A stretch of 62,526 nt of DNA, filler included. It is 4 parts of 4 records of this genome, joined end to end, with 100 filler letters (N's around TTAATTAATTAA, not from the genome) between each part and the next. Parts side by side here need not be neighbours in the genome. Positions count along the whole stretch, not along the records: positions 26,274 to 37,262 come from SRR2962707_3370; positions 37,363 to 53,112 come from SRR2962707_3372; 2 more parts are not named here. One strand, given 5' to 3'. A program made the translations under genes and the position numbers. Under the pieces are notes generated by a model. That model saw only the letters and a program-made list of their open reading frames with translations. It had not been told where the DNA came from and made no database searches. Position 1 is the first letter of the stretch, and every line of letters begins with the position of its first letter. Below, piece after piece: positions 30,238-39,268 of this stretch.

Positions 30238-30613
30238 TGAGGAAATCGATCAGATGATCACAGAAGCATTATCTGAAGATGAAAAAGAACTTTTTAACAC
30301 TTATGATGAGCAAGGCATGTTTCAAATGCTTGGTGGACTATTTCAGGGAAAAATGAGATGGCTCAACGCCGGAATCCTGCTGGTTCAGTTTGCTTTAGCA
30401 GGTTTAGCTTTCTACTGTGGCTATCAATTATTCAATACATCGGAGGTCACGGAAGTGATTCAATTTGGGGCCGGTTTAGTATTCCCACTTATGGGGATTG
30501 GCTTGCTTAAGCTATTTCAGTTTATGGAAATGCATAAAAACGCAACCATCCGTGAGATTAAACGATTGGAACTGCAAGTTTCAGTACTTGCTAAGTCATT
30601 ACAGAAGAACTAA
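30227..30613 (+). CDS. Two-TM membrane protein overlapping the ECF gene, probable anti-sigma partner (DUF6768-like)
   Basis: Two TM helices, C-terminal KNATIREIKRLELQV; overlaps the sigma stop. Confidence 0.7.
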   Translation: MKNNEEIDQMITEALSEDEKELFNTYDEQGMFQMLGGLFQGKMRWLNAGILLVQFALAGLAFYCGYQLFNTSEVTEVIQFGAGLVFPLMGIGLLKLFQFMEMHKNATIREIKRLELQVSVLAKSLQKN

Positions 30614-31122
30614 ATCGGCGGTAATTCCGGATAAGGAATAATCGCCTCGATCAATAGCATCACACCTTCTTTTGTGAGAAGGGTCAGGGTGATCAGGATA
30701 CTGCTGATGATAAGTGACACGCCCACATTGTTTTTCCTGATTTCCTCAAACTCATCAATAGGTGTGAGCTTGCTGTAAAGAAAGGTACTGATCAAACCAA
30801 TCAGGACGGTGGCAGTGTAGGCAATGGCAATGTAGATTGCTCCGGTAGCAATGTATTCAAAAGCCAGACTGAAGCTGTCTGCCCGCTGATTCAAAAGCCT
30901 GAACGATGAAATCAATGGCTGGATGATTCCACTGATCATGATCCCGACCGAAATGATGATCGCAGATACGAAAATGCTATAGGACAAGTTGTAATCGTCG
31001 ATACGATAATACTTTCGCCCAACCCACTGCACAATTTTGTACGTGAGCGCGAGAATAAAAATGCCGATCGTAATGGCAGAAATGATTTCGATAAGGGCCA
31101 GAAGTGCGATGTTAGCGTTCAT
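30610..31122 (-). CDS. DUF350-like membrane protein
   Basis: Four TM helices and a KLTPIDEFEEIRKNNVGVSL motif. Confidence 0.75.
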   Translation of the reverse strand: MNANIALLALIEIISAITIGIFILALTYKIVQWVGRKYYRIDDYNLSYSIFVSAIIISVGIMISGIIQPLISSFRLLNQRADSFSLAFEYIATGAIYIAIAYTATVLIGLISTFLYSKLTPIDEFEEIRKNNVGVSLIISSILITLTLLTKEGVMLLIEAIIPYPELPPI

Positions 31123-31912
31123 TGACAAGTGCGATTTTCCAGTAATTGATATTATTTGAATTGGGTGGAAGCATTCCGATCGGCCATCCTTTGCCGGTGG
31201 TCTCCCAAAAGTAGTAGTTCTTACCCTGATACCTCAGGTGATCCCCTCTTGCAGGGATATTCAATGCGATCATGGCATGCGCGTACTCATTACTCACCAC
31301 GATCATCGGGTCATAACCGAGTTTTTCCAGCATGGCATAAATAAGCACTGCGCGTGTGTCGCAATCCCCATAAAGGGAATGCAAAAATTCATAAGGCGAC
31401 AGCAAGCCCAGCGCAATATGCCCGACGCAGGGTTTGCCTTGATTATTGGCTTCAGAACAATCTCCAACCCTCACATAACTATAGGGGATATCCTGCACGA
31501 ACGTGACAATCAACTCAGCCAACTCAGTTCTGGATAGTTCTTTCATTAAAGCGATGGAAGAGAGCGAGTCCAGGAGAAAGTCAATTTCTTTTTGACTGTC
31601 CTTAACAAGCTTATTGTAGATCGTCCCCCAGAAGTTTTCATAAGAATCGGCGTTGGCGATAAGATCATTTCTTTTCTCCCCTGAAGCCAGGCTAACTGCT
31701 TCGCTGGACTCATACGATGTGCAGAAAGAATGAGAATAGTCGATCAGTTGCCAGTCTCTTTCATGCAGTCGATCATTATTTGCATTAACAACTCGAAACT
31801 GGTCAGCACATGCTGGAATGTTGATTGCCTCAGTCGAAAGCAGACTGATCACGCTCGCGAGCAGCACATAGACCACCAAAACAAATACGAAGAAACGGAA
31901 AAAAGATTTCAC
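31112..31912 (-). CDS. Transglutaminase-like cysteine-fold protein with N-terminal anchor
   Basis: FVQDIPY, GDCDTRA (Cys), HAM (His) and YYFWETT. Confidence 0.75.
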   Translation of the reverse strand: MKSFFRFFVFVLVVYVLLASVISLLSTEAINIPACADQFRVVNANNDRLHERDWQLIDYSHSFCTSYESSEAVSLASGEKRNDLIANADSYENFWGTIYNKLVKDSQKEIDFLLDSLSSIALMKELSRTELAELIVTFVQDIPYSYVRVGDCSEANNQGKPCVGHIALGLLSPYEFLHSLYGDCDTRAVLIYAMLEKLGYDPMIVVSNEYAHAMIALNIPARGDHLRYQGKNYYFWETTGKGWPIGMLPPNSNNINYWKIALVNER

Positions 31913-31981
31913 CGGATAAATATCTTAAAAGTTGACCAGATATTGATTAACTTAACAACAAGCGAAATCCTTTTTGGCGGC

Positions 31982-32419
31982 ATGATATATTATCTCATTT
32001 ATACCAGTCAGCCAACTATACCTATGACCGAAGAGGTGTTGGAAGACATCACTCAGATTTCTATTCGAAATAATGAAAAGACAGGTATCACCGGGTTGCT
32101 TTTGGGAATTGAGAATAAGTACATGCAGTATCTTGAAGGAGAGCAGCAAGAAGTCAATAAACTTTATGAAACTCTGAAAAAAGATACAAGGCATAAAGAA
32201 CTTGTACGATGGGTTACCGGGTATACAGAGGAGCGGGTTTTTAGTGATTGGGCGATGGCTTCCTGGATGCTCTCTAAAGAAAAGTTGGAAAGTCTATCAG
32301 CACTTGGTGATTTGAAAAAGTTTCTTCAAGATCCCAAACAAAATAAGATTCAACCAAAAAGATTCATTGCTTTGATGAATGGACTGCTCAAGACATGGAT
32401 CGCTGATCAATCTGATTGA
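31982..32419 (+). CDS. BLUF-domain blue-light sensor 1
   Basis: IYTS (Tyr), RNN, ITGLL, MQYLEG (Gln), DTRH and RVFSDWAM. Start re-set to the ATG at 31982. Confidence 0.92.
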   Translation: MIYYLIYTSQPTIPMTEEVLEDITQISIRNNEKTGITGLLLGIENKYMQYLEGEQQEVNKLYETLKKDTRHKELVRWVTGYTEERVFSDWAMASWMLSKEKLESLSALGDLKKFLQDPKQNKIQPKRFIALMNGLLKTWIADQSD

Positions 32420-32484
32420 CAAGAATTCATCAACTTCTTATCTCTTTTATCTAAATTAGGGATAAACCTACACTACATATTTGA

Positions 32485-32943
32485 ATGATTTTTTACACGA
32501 TTTATACCAGCGCACCCCGTGGTGAAATGAGTCGGGAGATTCTGAATCAAATTGCCAAAGAATCTCAATCCAATAATTCGAATGATGGAATTACCGGGAT
32601 ATTGCTGGGTATTGAAAACAAATACCTTCAATACCTTGAGGGAGATGAAAAAGAGGTTAATGCGCTTTTCGAAAAGATAAAGAAAGATCCAAGACATCAA
32701 AATGTAACACAATGGATCAAGGGATACTCTAATGAGCGTGTCTTCTCCGATTGGTCCATGGGCTCATGGATGCTGAGTAGCAAAGAACTGGAGGAACTTA
32801 AGGCGCTTGACGACCTGCGTGAATTTCTTGATGACCCGCTGAATAGCGAACTGCAATCCAAAAAGTTTATCGCCATGATGCAGAGCCTCCTCAAAACCTG
32901 GATTGCTCACGAACCTGAGCGGATGAAAAAAATGAGGGATTAG
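32485..32943 (+). CDS. BLUF-domain blue-light sensor 2
   Basis: IYTS, SNN, ITGILL, LQYLEG, DPRH and RVFSDWSM. Confidence 0.92.
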   Translation: MIFYTIYTSAPRGEMSREILNQIAKESQSNNSNDGITGILLGIENKYLQYLEGDEKEVNALFEKIKKDPRHQNVTQWIKGYSNERVFSDWSMGSWMLSSKELEELKALDDLREFLDDPLNSELQSKKFIAMMQSLLKTWIAHEPERMKKMRD

Positions 32944-32990
32944 TGTCCATAATTGATTTTTTATTCGTCAAATAACAAAATAAACTGCTT

Positions 32991-33440
32991 ATGAAAAAAC
33001 AATTTCTAACATCTGCTGTATTGCTTTTATTATCCTTTTTCGGCTACTCACAGTCTGAATTCCCGTATGCGTGGCTGGCAGGTAATTGGGTAGGTGATGG
33101 ATTTGGAGGCACTTCGGAAGAGCTGTGGTCTCAGCCATCGGCTGATGGAACCCTGATGGGCACTTATCGACATCACAAAGGAGACGGAAGCTTAAATTTC
33201 TATGAGTTCATGGTGATGGATTCAACCGGCTTGAGATTAAAGCATTTTAACCCTGACATGGTCGGATGGGAGACGAAGGAAGACTTTGTGCACTTCGAGC
33301 TAATTGAGTTCACCGAAAACAAAATCACTCTAAAGGGGCTGGTTTTCGAGCGAAAATCAGATACTGAAATGGAGATCCGTTTAGATCTTAAAAATGGAGA
33401 TAAGCAGTGGACGGAGGTCTTTAGGATGAGACGGAAGTAA
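32991..33440 (+). CDS. Secreted hypothetical protein (DUF6265-like)
   Basis: Signal peptide; WLAGNWVG, EELWS and LRLKHF motifs. Confidence 0.75.
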   Translation: MKKQFLTSAVLLLLSFFGYSQSEFPYAWLAGNWVGDGFGGTSEELWSQPSADGTLMGTYRHHKGDGSLNFYEFMVMDSTGLRLKHFNPDMVGWETKEDFVHFELIEFTENKITLKGLVFERKSDTEMEIRLDLKNGDKQWTEVFRMRRK

Positions 33441-34587
33441 AATTCCTCAGACTAACCAAACCAAAAACCGGCCCTAAAACAAGTATCAAATAGGCATAGC
33501 TTGGGAATTTATCAACCAAGTAATTGAGCAATTGGATACTCACAATCGTAATTGAAAATCCAATACATGTTACGATAGTCAGCGCTGTGCCTTTCAATTC
33601 GGGTTTTGCATTTTTTGCCACCAGGGAAGAAAAAAGTGGCGAGTCTGCAATGACCGCAAGTCCCCAGATGACAAGAAACCCAATGAAAATAAGTTCTGGA
33701 GCAAAAAAGACAATCGGACTTAATAGACAGCAAATCCCTGAGATGAAAAGAGATGATGCTGCGACCTTTTTCTCTCCCAACCACTCAGACAGATAGCCTC
33801 CTGCAATACAGGAGATCGCACCCCCTCCAATGATCAGAAATGACAGGAGAGAAACATTTATTTCTACACTGCGAAGATTTTCATATAAAACCAACATAGC
33901 CGGGACAAACGCCCAGAAGGCATAGAGCTCCCACATATGTCCAAAATATCCGAAAGCCGCAGCTTTGAATGGTCGACTCTCGAAGACTTTCATAGCCGCT
34001 TTTAGCTTCAGCTTTGCTCCCTGTTTACGGAAAGGTCCGTTCGGAACAAAAATCAGTATCAACAAACCTCCGGTCACGGCAAGGGTGGATGTAGCATAGA
34101 TCACTACGGTCCAGTCATAAGAAAGGTCTATGCTGGCCAGCAGATGAGGCAGAGCTGTTCCCAATACCAGGGCACCTACCAAAAACCCAAGTGCTTTCCC
34201 TAGGCCTTTTTCGAAATAATCAGCCGCAATTTTCATCCCGACCGGATAAATACCGGCCAGAAAAAAACCTGTGAAAAATCGCAGCACCAAAAGCTGTGAA
34301 AAAGAAACATCCCAAACAATCAGTCCATTGAAGATCGACCCCAAACAGGCACTAACAAAGAAAACCCGGGACGGCTGGAAGCGATCCGCTATCGTAAGCA
34401 TAGCATAAACGAGCGTTCCGATAATGAAGCCAAGCTGAACCGCGGAAGTGATGTATCCTAAATCTGTATCGAGCAAGTCAAGCTTAACAATCAGTCCTGG
34501 CATCACAGCATTCCCGGCAAACCAAAGTGAGGTGCAGAAAAATTGCGCAACTACTATGATTGGAAGGATATAAGCTCGTTGCTGCAT
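33421..34587 (-). CDS. MFS transporter
   Basis: About 12 TM; RFFTGFFLAGIYPVGMK and GYFGHMWELY. ATG at 34587 overlaps the upstream TGA. Confidence 0.92.
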   Translation of the reverse strand: MQQRAYILPIIVVAQFFCTSLWFAGNAVMPGLIVKLDLLDTDLGYITSAVQLGFIIGTLVYAMLTIADRFQPSRVFFVSACLGSIFNGLIVWDVSFSQLLVLRFFTGFFLAGIYPVGMKIAADYFEKGLGKALGFLVGALVLGTALPHLLASIDLSYDWTVVIYATSTLAVTGGLLILIFVPNGPFRKQGAKLKLKAAMKVFESRPFKAAAFGYFGHMWELYAFWAFVPAMLVLYENLRSVEINVSLLSFLIIGGGAISCIAGGYLSEWLGEKKVAASSLFISGICCLLSPIVFFAPELIFIGFLVIWGLAVIADSPLFSSLVAKNAKPELKGTALTIVTCIGFSITIVSIQLLNYLVDKFPSYAYLILVLGPVFGLVSLRNFTSVSS

Positions 34588-35600
34588 CAGGCGAAAAACC
34601 AAAAGTCTTCAACGGGTTTCTTCCCCCACTTCTCCAGCTGATTTCGTATTTCTACTTTTTCTTCAGGGGAGGTGACTACAATTAAGATTTGAGGTTTTTC
34701 AATTTCCGGAACGCTCTCCTGATGCTTGATGGTTATGCCGTAGACGTCCTTCCCTACTTTCCTTCTATTGTCGCACACCCAATGAAAGGTGTTCTCTTCT
34801 TCAAAAAGAAGCTTGGCCAAATCCTTTCCATTGCGTCCTGCGCCCCAAAGCAACAGCGGCCGGGATCGATCCCGGTCTATCTGATAAAAGTACCGTAGTT
34901 TCATTTCGAAGTAGCGGTTGTCTTTGTACTCCTCCCATGTCCGCGAAATACGATCTGACCGATCCCGCCAATAGTGAAGCACTTTATCTATTCCGTGTAC
35001 TTTCAAGCGCTTTTTGTAAAAACGGAAGCACAGGTCGTAATCTTCCGGATAGACTTCCGGGTTAAATGCGTTCACCGCATCAAAATCTTCTTTATGAATG
35101 ATCCAGCAATGGGATGGAATGACGCATTCCTGGTAGATTTCCTGATAATGCTTTTCCTCCCGAGCTACTTCATTTAGCCACTCTTCATATCTGCGAAAAC
35201 CATCACCTATCTCCCCTTTATCCACGAAGTGCTGCGTACCTCCTGCTACAATATGACCCTTGCCATGCTTCAACCATTCTGTGACTAATGCTTCAATCTT
35301 ATCATCCGGCATATAATCATCTGAGTCCATCCGGTTGATCAGCTCCCCCTTAGCCTGGGCATATCCTTCTTTCAGTGCAGGTATCAGCTTATGTCTGCGA
35401 CTATGCACCACTTTGATCCGGTCGTCTTTTTCAGCATACCAGTTCAGGATATCCGGCGTTCGGTCAGAAGAGTGGTCATTAATGGCAATCAACTCCCAGT
35501 TTTTATATGTCTGCCGAACAATCGAGTCCATGCACTTAGGCAGATAGGGTGCGGTATCTTTTGCCGCCATGATGATTGATACAAGAGGTTGCTGGTCCAT
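34587..35600 (-). CDS. Glycosyltransferase family 2
   Basis: VSIIMA, INDHSSD, RMDSDD (DxD) and EDYDL. Confidence 0.92.
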   Translation of the reverse strand: MDQQPLVSIIMAAKDTAPYLPKCMDSIVRQTYKNWELIAINDHSSDRTPDILNWYAEKDDRIKVVHSRRHKLIPALKEGYAQAKGELINRMDSDDYMPDDKIEALVTEWLKHGKGHIVAGGTQHFVDKGEIGDGFRRYEEWLNEVAREEKHYQEIYQECVIPSHCWIIHKEDFDAVNAFNPEVYPEDYDLCFRFYKKRLKVHGIDKVLHYWRDRSDRISRTWEEYKDNRYFEMKLRYFYQIDRDRSRPLLLWGAGRNGKDLAKLLFEEENTFHWVCDNRRKVGKDVYGITIKHQESVPEIEKPQILIVVTSPEEKVEIRNQLEKWGKKPVEDFWFFA

Positions 35601-36305
35601 CTAATTCGTTAGGTTTTTGTTCCAGTATTTCTCGGCGTATGGAGAAACCGGAATCCCTAAATTAAAACGAATGAACATATTCAGGTCAAACCAGGCCACC
35701 TTAAAAAAACCATGTTCAAGAAATCGACGTGCAGAAGTCCGAATGCCGGGGCGAAGAAGTGCTAATCTGCCTACCTTTCTTAGCCTCTTGCATAAAAAAG
35801 CTGTTTCCATCAATGCTTCTTCCGGAACTCCACTAATTTGATTAAATACCTCCCTGCTAACAAAGACCGCCTGATCGCCATAATACACTTTGCTAAAACG
35901 GTACCGGATCCGATTAAGGATGGCCAGTGTCCATAATTTCCAATCAGGATTTTCAAATGAAAACTCAAAAGCTCCACCTACTACTTCGGTATTTTTCAGT
36001 TCTTCTCGTATGAGCGTATCGAAGCGCTTAGGCAGAAGGGTATCTGCATCCAGAAACAAGAGAATGTCACCGGAAGATTGATCAGCACCGTAGTTCATAC
36101 TTGCATACTTTTGAAAAAGCAGGTCCGGCCTTATTATGCTTTTTACCTCCAGGTCTTCAATGCTTTTGATCGTTCCATCCGTACTTCCTGCATCTACGAC
36201 AATTAGCTCCAGGTTGGTTTTGTCTTCGACCATCTTTAAGGTATGTAAGATGGTTTGCCTTAGGTGTTTTTCTTCATTGAGTGTTGGAATGATAATCGAA
36301 ATCAC
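35601..36305 (-). CDS. GT2 glycosyltransferase (TIGR04283-like)
   Basis: SIIIPTLNEE, VDAGSTD, FLDADT, YGDQAVFV and TSARRF. Confidence 0.85.
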   Translation of the reverse strand: MISIIIPTLNEEKHLRQTILHTLKMVEDKTNLELIVVDAGSTDGTIKSIEDLEVKSIIRPDLLFQKYASMNYGADQSSGDILLFLDADTLLPKRFDTLIREELKNTEVVGGAFEFSFENPDWKLWTLAILNRIRYRFSKVYYGDQAVFVSREVFNQISGVPEEALMETAFLCKRLRKVGRLALLRPGIRTSARRFLEHGFFKVAWFDLNMFIRFNLGIPVSPYAEKYWNKNLTN

Positions 36306-36706
36306 GCTTCACTGATCTCAAAAAGATGACCATCAGGATCACGGAAAAAAGCCCGTATCTCATACCCCCAGTCCACCGGAGGAGTAAGAAACTTAGCACC
36401 TCTTTCTTCTAGGGTTTCGTAACATCCCATGCAATCCTTTACCCGAATGGTAAAGGAATGACTTATATCGTTGGGGTTTTTTGGTGACACAAATTGTGTG
36501 GTCGGTTTGTCTTTGGTTTCGCCTCCTTGCGTTACTAGCAGAATCCAGTTTCCCAAAAATTGTAAGACGCAGGAGTCTCCACCGTACTCACGATAGATCT
36601 CTGCCCCTAAAACATGTTGATAAAACTTTTTGGATTTCTTCATGTCCGAAACGACCAAAATAGTCGTCAGTGCCATATCTTCTGTAGGGAAGGGTGCTTT
36701 TGCCAT
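36302..36706 (-). CDS. VOC/glyoxalase family protein
   Basis: VSDMKKSKKFYQHVLG and FFRDPDGHLFEI. Confidence 0.9.
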   Translation of the reverse strand: MAKAPFPTEDMALTTILVVSDMKKSKKFYQHVLGAEIYREYGGDSCVLQFLGNWILLVTQGGETKDKPTTQFVSPKNPNDISHSFTIRVKDCMGCYETLEERGAKFLTPPVDWGYEIRAFFRDPDGHLFEISEA

Positions 36707-36708
36707 GA

Positions 36709-37056
36709 TTACAGATTTCCTAAATGTGTATGTTTAAAGTTATCACTAAACTTTAACCCATATCCGAATATCCGGTCCATACTGGAGTGCCCAAATAAGA
36801 TGATCCCAGCCAGCATGATCTCTTCGGAAATGGCTACCCATCCAAATACCAGGAGCAAAATGGCTATGCCCTTATGATGAAAAATATTGTAGGTGATTGC
36901 CCCCACTTTTGTGTTTATCAGATAGCCCAACATGCCAATGTCAGGAGTAAGTATCAACAGCAAGAATACCCACCAGGCATAATCGAGCAAACTAAATAGG
37001 TAGATTGAAAGAAGGAACATAGCCAGTTCCTCTATTTTGAGCAGGTTTTTCATCAT
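36709..37056 (-). CDS. DUF4260-like membrane protein
   Basis: PDIGMLGYL, YNIFHH, HSSMDRIFGYGLK and FKHTHLG. Confidence 0.85.
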   Translation of the reverse strand: MMKNLLKIEELAMFLLSIYLFSLLDYAWWVFLLLILTPDIGMLGYLINTKVGAITYNIFHHKGIAILLLVFGWVAISEEIMLAGIILFGHSSMDRIFGYGLKFSDNFKHTHLGNL

Positions 37057-37077
37057 TCAGGAAATTATTCCTGAAAG

Positions 37078-37260
37078 TTAGCTTTTCCCGAACTTCTCTT
37101 CCAGCACATTTACCCGGTATTCAAAAATTCCTTTCAATTGTTTCTTGACAAAAAGCGCTTGAGCTATAGACCCTAGAAAACCAAATGGAATCTTGTAAGA
37201 CACTTTATCAGTCATCATGATGCCCTTTTCATTTTCTTCAAAATGGTGCTCATGATGCCA
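37078..37260 (-). CDS. SRPBCC-family protein, C-terminal fragment (5' end cut by contig end; not in ORF track)
   Basis: Manual translation: WHHEHHFEENEKGIMMTDKVSYKIPFGFLGSIAQALFVKKQLKGIFEYR...KS*. Confidence 0.8.
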   Translation of the reverse strand, partial: WHHEHHFEENEKGIMMTDKVSYKIPFGFLGSIAQALFVKKQLKGIFEYRVNVLEEKFGKS

Positions 37261-37262
37261 CA

Positions 37263-37362
37263 NNNNNNNNNNNNNNNNNNNNNNNNNNNNNNNNNNNNNN
37301 NNNNNNTTAATTAATTAANNNNNNNNNNNNNNNNNNNNNNNNNNNNNNNNNNNNNNNNNNNN
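37263..37362. other. Artificial contig linker
   Basis: Same 100-bp N/TTAATTAATTAA spacer. Confidence 0.99.
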
Positions 37363-37943
37363 TCACTCGCAGAGGACTCTGAGGCTACACTTCGATAATC
37401 AACTAAGCTAACCATTCCTTTCTTTCCATTTTCATAAAAACCGGCACTGGAATACAGATACTTTGTAAAATCATCCACCAGGTTCCACTTACCACTCACT
37501 GGATTGTGATGCATGTAGTCAAGTACTTTATTAATGCTTTCCTCACCCACAACTTCTTTCGCATCGAAGGATAAGCGAAAAACCTGATGTTTTTTGCCTT
37601 TTGCTTTTTCATTTTCCTGAACCCCATCGATCAACTTCTCCAGCAGCACATCCTCACCACGTTCCTTCAATCTGGATACAATCTCATAGGCCATAAACCG
37701 CTTACTATCTCCTAGTATACGATTGAATCCTTTGCAATTCTTATCCACATAAATCAATAAGTGCAGATGGTTGGGCATCATCACATAGCCGCAAGTGGTG
37801 AGTCCACGGCTAGACAATTGATCAACCCACCCAGGCAGATACGTATGGATATCTGCTCTCTCTAACAATGGTAGCCACCTGTGACAAGTGAAAGTAGTGA
37901 AATAAAAGGTCTCCTTCTTTTCATGGATGCGATGCGTGGGCAT
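37363..37943 (-). mobile_element. REP-associated tyrosine (Y1/HUH) transposase, RAYT-1; 3' end runs into a REP and the contig end
   Basis: YFTTFTC, MPNHLH (HUH), YMHHNPV (catalytic Tyr) and YSSAGFY; flanked by CCTCAGAGTC...GACTCTGAGG palindromes. Confidence 0.88.
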
Positions 37944-37972
37944 AACCAAATATACTGCTACTTCCTTCTATT

Positions 37973-38040
37973 CCTCAGAGTCCGCTATTCCTCCTCTCTA
38001 CCCCTGAGGTGACTCTGAGGGGGATAAAGAGGGGGATAAA
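37973..38040. repeat. REP hairpin CCTCAGAGTC(37973-37982)...GACTCTGAGG(38011-38020) plus 12-bp tandem duplication GAGGGGGATAAA x2
   Basis: Seen directly. A partial copy (TCACTCGCAGAGGACTCTGAGG) sits at 37363-37384. Confidence 0.75.
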
Positions 38041-38227
38041 TATGCACGTGGTTACTCATCAAACACCAGCTATAGACTATCAGACCCTTTTCTTTCTGAC
38101 AATGCCTGATGCTTTCTAAGAAAATATCACGATAAGACTGGCGCGTGAAAACATCCACCCATTCCACGGTTGCAAAAGTGATAAAATAGATTCCTTCCTT
38201 GTTTTGAATCTTATAATTCCGGCTCAT
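38041..38227 (-). pseudogene. Truncated second RAYT (5' part only)
   Basis: MSRNYKIQNKEGIYFITFATVEWVDVFTR...WCLMSNHVH; homology stops right after the HUH motif at the REP. Confidence 0.8.
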
Positions 38228-38232
38228 GCAAT

Positions 38233-38295
38233 ACAAGTTACAAACTTGTAAGAAAAGCTATCTTCTTTTCTTTTCCGCAAGTTGCAAACTTGCGG
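38233..38295. repeat. Two REP palindromes ACAAGTTACAAACTTGT and CCGCAAGTTGCAAACTTGCGG upstream of RAYT-2
   Basis: Seen directly; a different REP class from the one around RAYT-1. Confidence 0.7.
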
Positions 38296-38330
38296 TAGCT
38301 GTGGGGAAAACTACGCTTAGTTGGAGTTGC

Positions 38331-38873
38331 TTAGTTGGTGTAGCCCGATTTTCTTTTAAGAACTCGTAGATTGTCTTTCTGCTCTTTGATTACTAATAGA
38401 TTGTCCGATAGATGATAAATCACTTCCTCTATGGATTGATAAATTTTGCCATCTTCTCCTTTAAAGGTTAAACCTTGGTCTATGAGTGATTTACCCACTT
38501 GACTATTTTCGTCTATTTCTAAGTAGTATATTATTTTACCTTCACTATAAAGCCAGGTTCCCTTATCAATATTCTCTTCAGTAAACCTTTTGAAGTATGA
38601 GCCGTTTTTTTTGAAATTAATATCGGCCCTTGCAATAACCTCAATAGGGTTTGGGATAAGTCCTTCCCATTCAGGGTGATAAATGGTATCAATTTTATTA
38701 AAGTTTTGATCATATAAGCCCTCGAAAGACCATTCTCCCTCTAGCTCCTCAACTGGATTCTTAAAATCGTTAAAATCAGTTTTGGTAATTGCAGCAACAT
38801 CTTGTGCTCTAGACGTGAAAATACCAATACTGATATTTAATAAAACAGCCTTAACTAAAATCTTATTTACCAA
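38331..38873 (-). CDS. Secreted lipocalin-like protein, possible second immunity/accessory gene
   Basis: Signal-like N-terminus; LEGEWSF, FKKNGSY, GTWLY and LSDNLLVI pattern; overlaps the upstream gene. Confidence 0.6.
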   Translation of the reverse strand: MVNKILVKAVLLNISIGIFTSRAQDVAAITKTDFNDFKNPVEELEGEWSFEGLYDQNFNKIDTIYHPEWEGLIPNPIEVIARADINFKKNGSYFKRFTEENIDKGTWLYSEGKIIYYLEIDENSQVGKSLIDQGLTFKGEDGKIYQSIEEVIYHLSDNLLVIKEQKDNLRVLKRKSGYTN

Positions 38874-39268
38874 CCTGTAATTCCTTTATATATTTCCCTA
38901 TCTGTTAACTCAAAATCAATAACAATACCTAACCTCTTCTCACTTTTAAATTTATGGTCGAAAAGAGTTATATGATCTTTTGGGCTTTCTGGTAAATACA
39001 AAATGTAAAAATATTCACCTTCTTCCTTAGGGCCCTCTAACCATACCGAAGTTCTCTTAGTATATTTCCTTCCTTTCACAACATAAACATAATCAATGTA
39101 CCTTGTGTCAGAAGCGTAAGTTGTTTTATAAATTCGGGCTGGGGTAATTAACCCTTCCCTATATTTATCCACATCATAATATCCTGAGATCAGAACCCAG
39201 AGTATGATAGAAAATATAACCGCTGCAATCCAATAACCTTTCCTGAAAAATGATTTTACTAAATCCAT
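38867..39268 (-). CDS. Putative immunity protein (single TM, DUF3592-like)
   Basis: Start overlaps the Rhs stop; AT-rich; TM followed by IDYVYVVKGRKY...ILYLPESP. Confidence 0.65.
   Translation of the reverse strand: MDLVKSFFRKGYWIAAVIFSIILWVLISGYYDVDKYREGLITPARIYKTTYASDTRYIDYVYVVKGRKYTKRTSVWLEGPKEEGEYFYILYLPESPKDHITLFDHKFKSEKRLGIVIDFELTDREIYKGITGW

Noticed and set aside
31730-31981. 84-aa N-terminal extension of BLUF-1
   Set aside because: It overlaps the opposite-strand transglutaminase-like gene, and the paralogue begins at the equivalent of ATG 31982.
34587-36305. Arsenosugar or other specialised biosynthetic cluster based on the TIGR04283-like GT
   Set aside because: No radical SAM, methyltransferase or partner genes are visible in this contig.
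37363-38236. IS200/IS605 element with TnpB or another RNA-guided nuclease
   Set aside because: No tnpB/iscB ORF is visible; the motifs and flanking palindromes fit RAYT.
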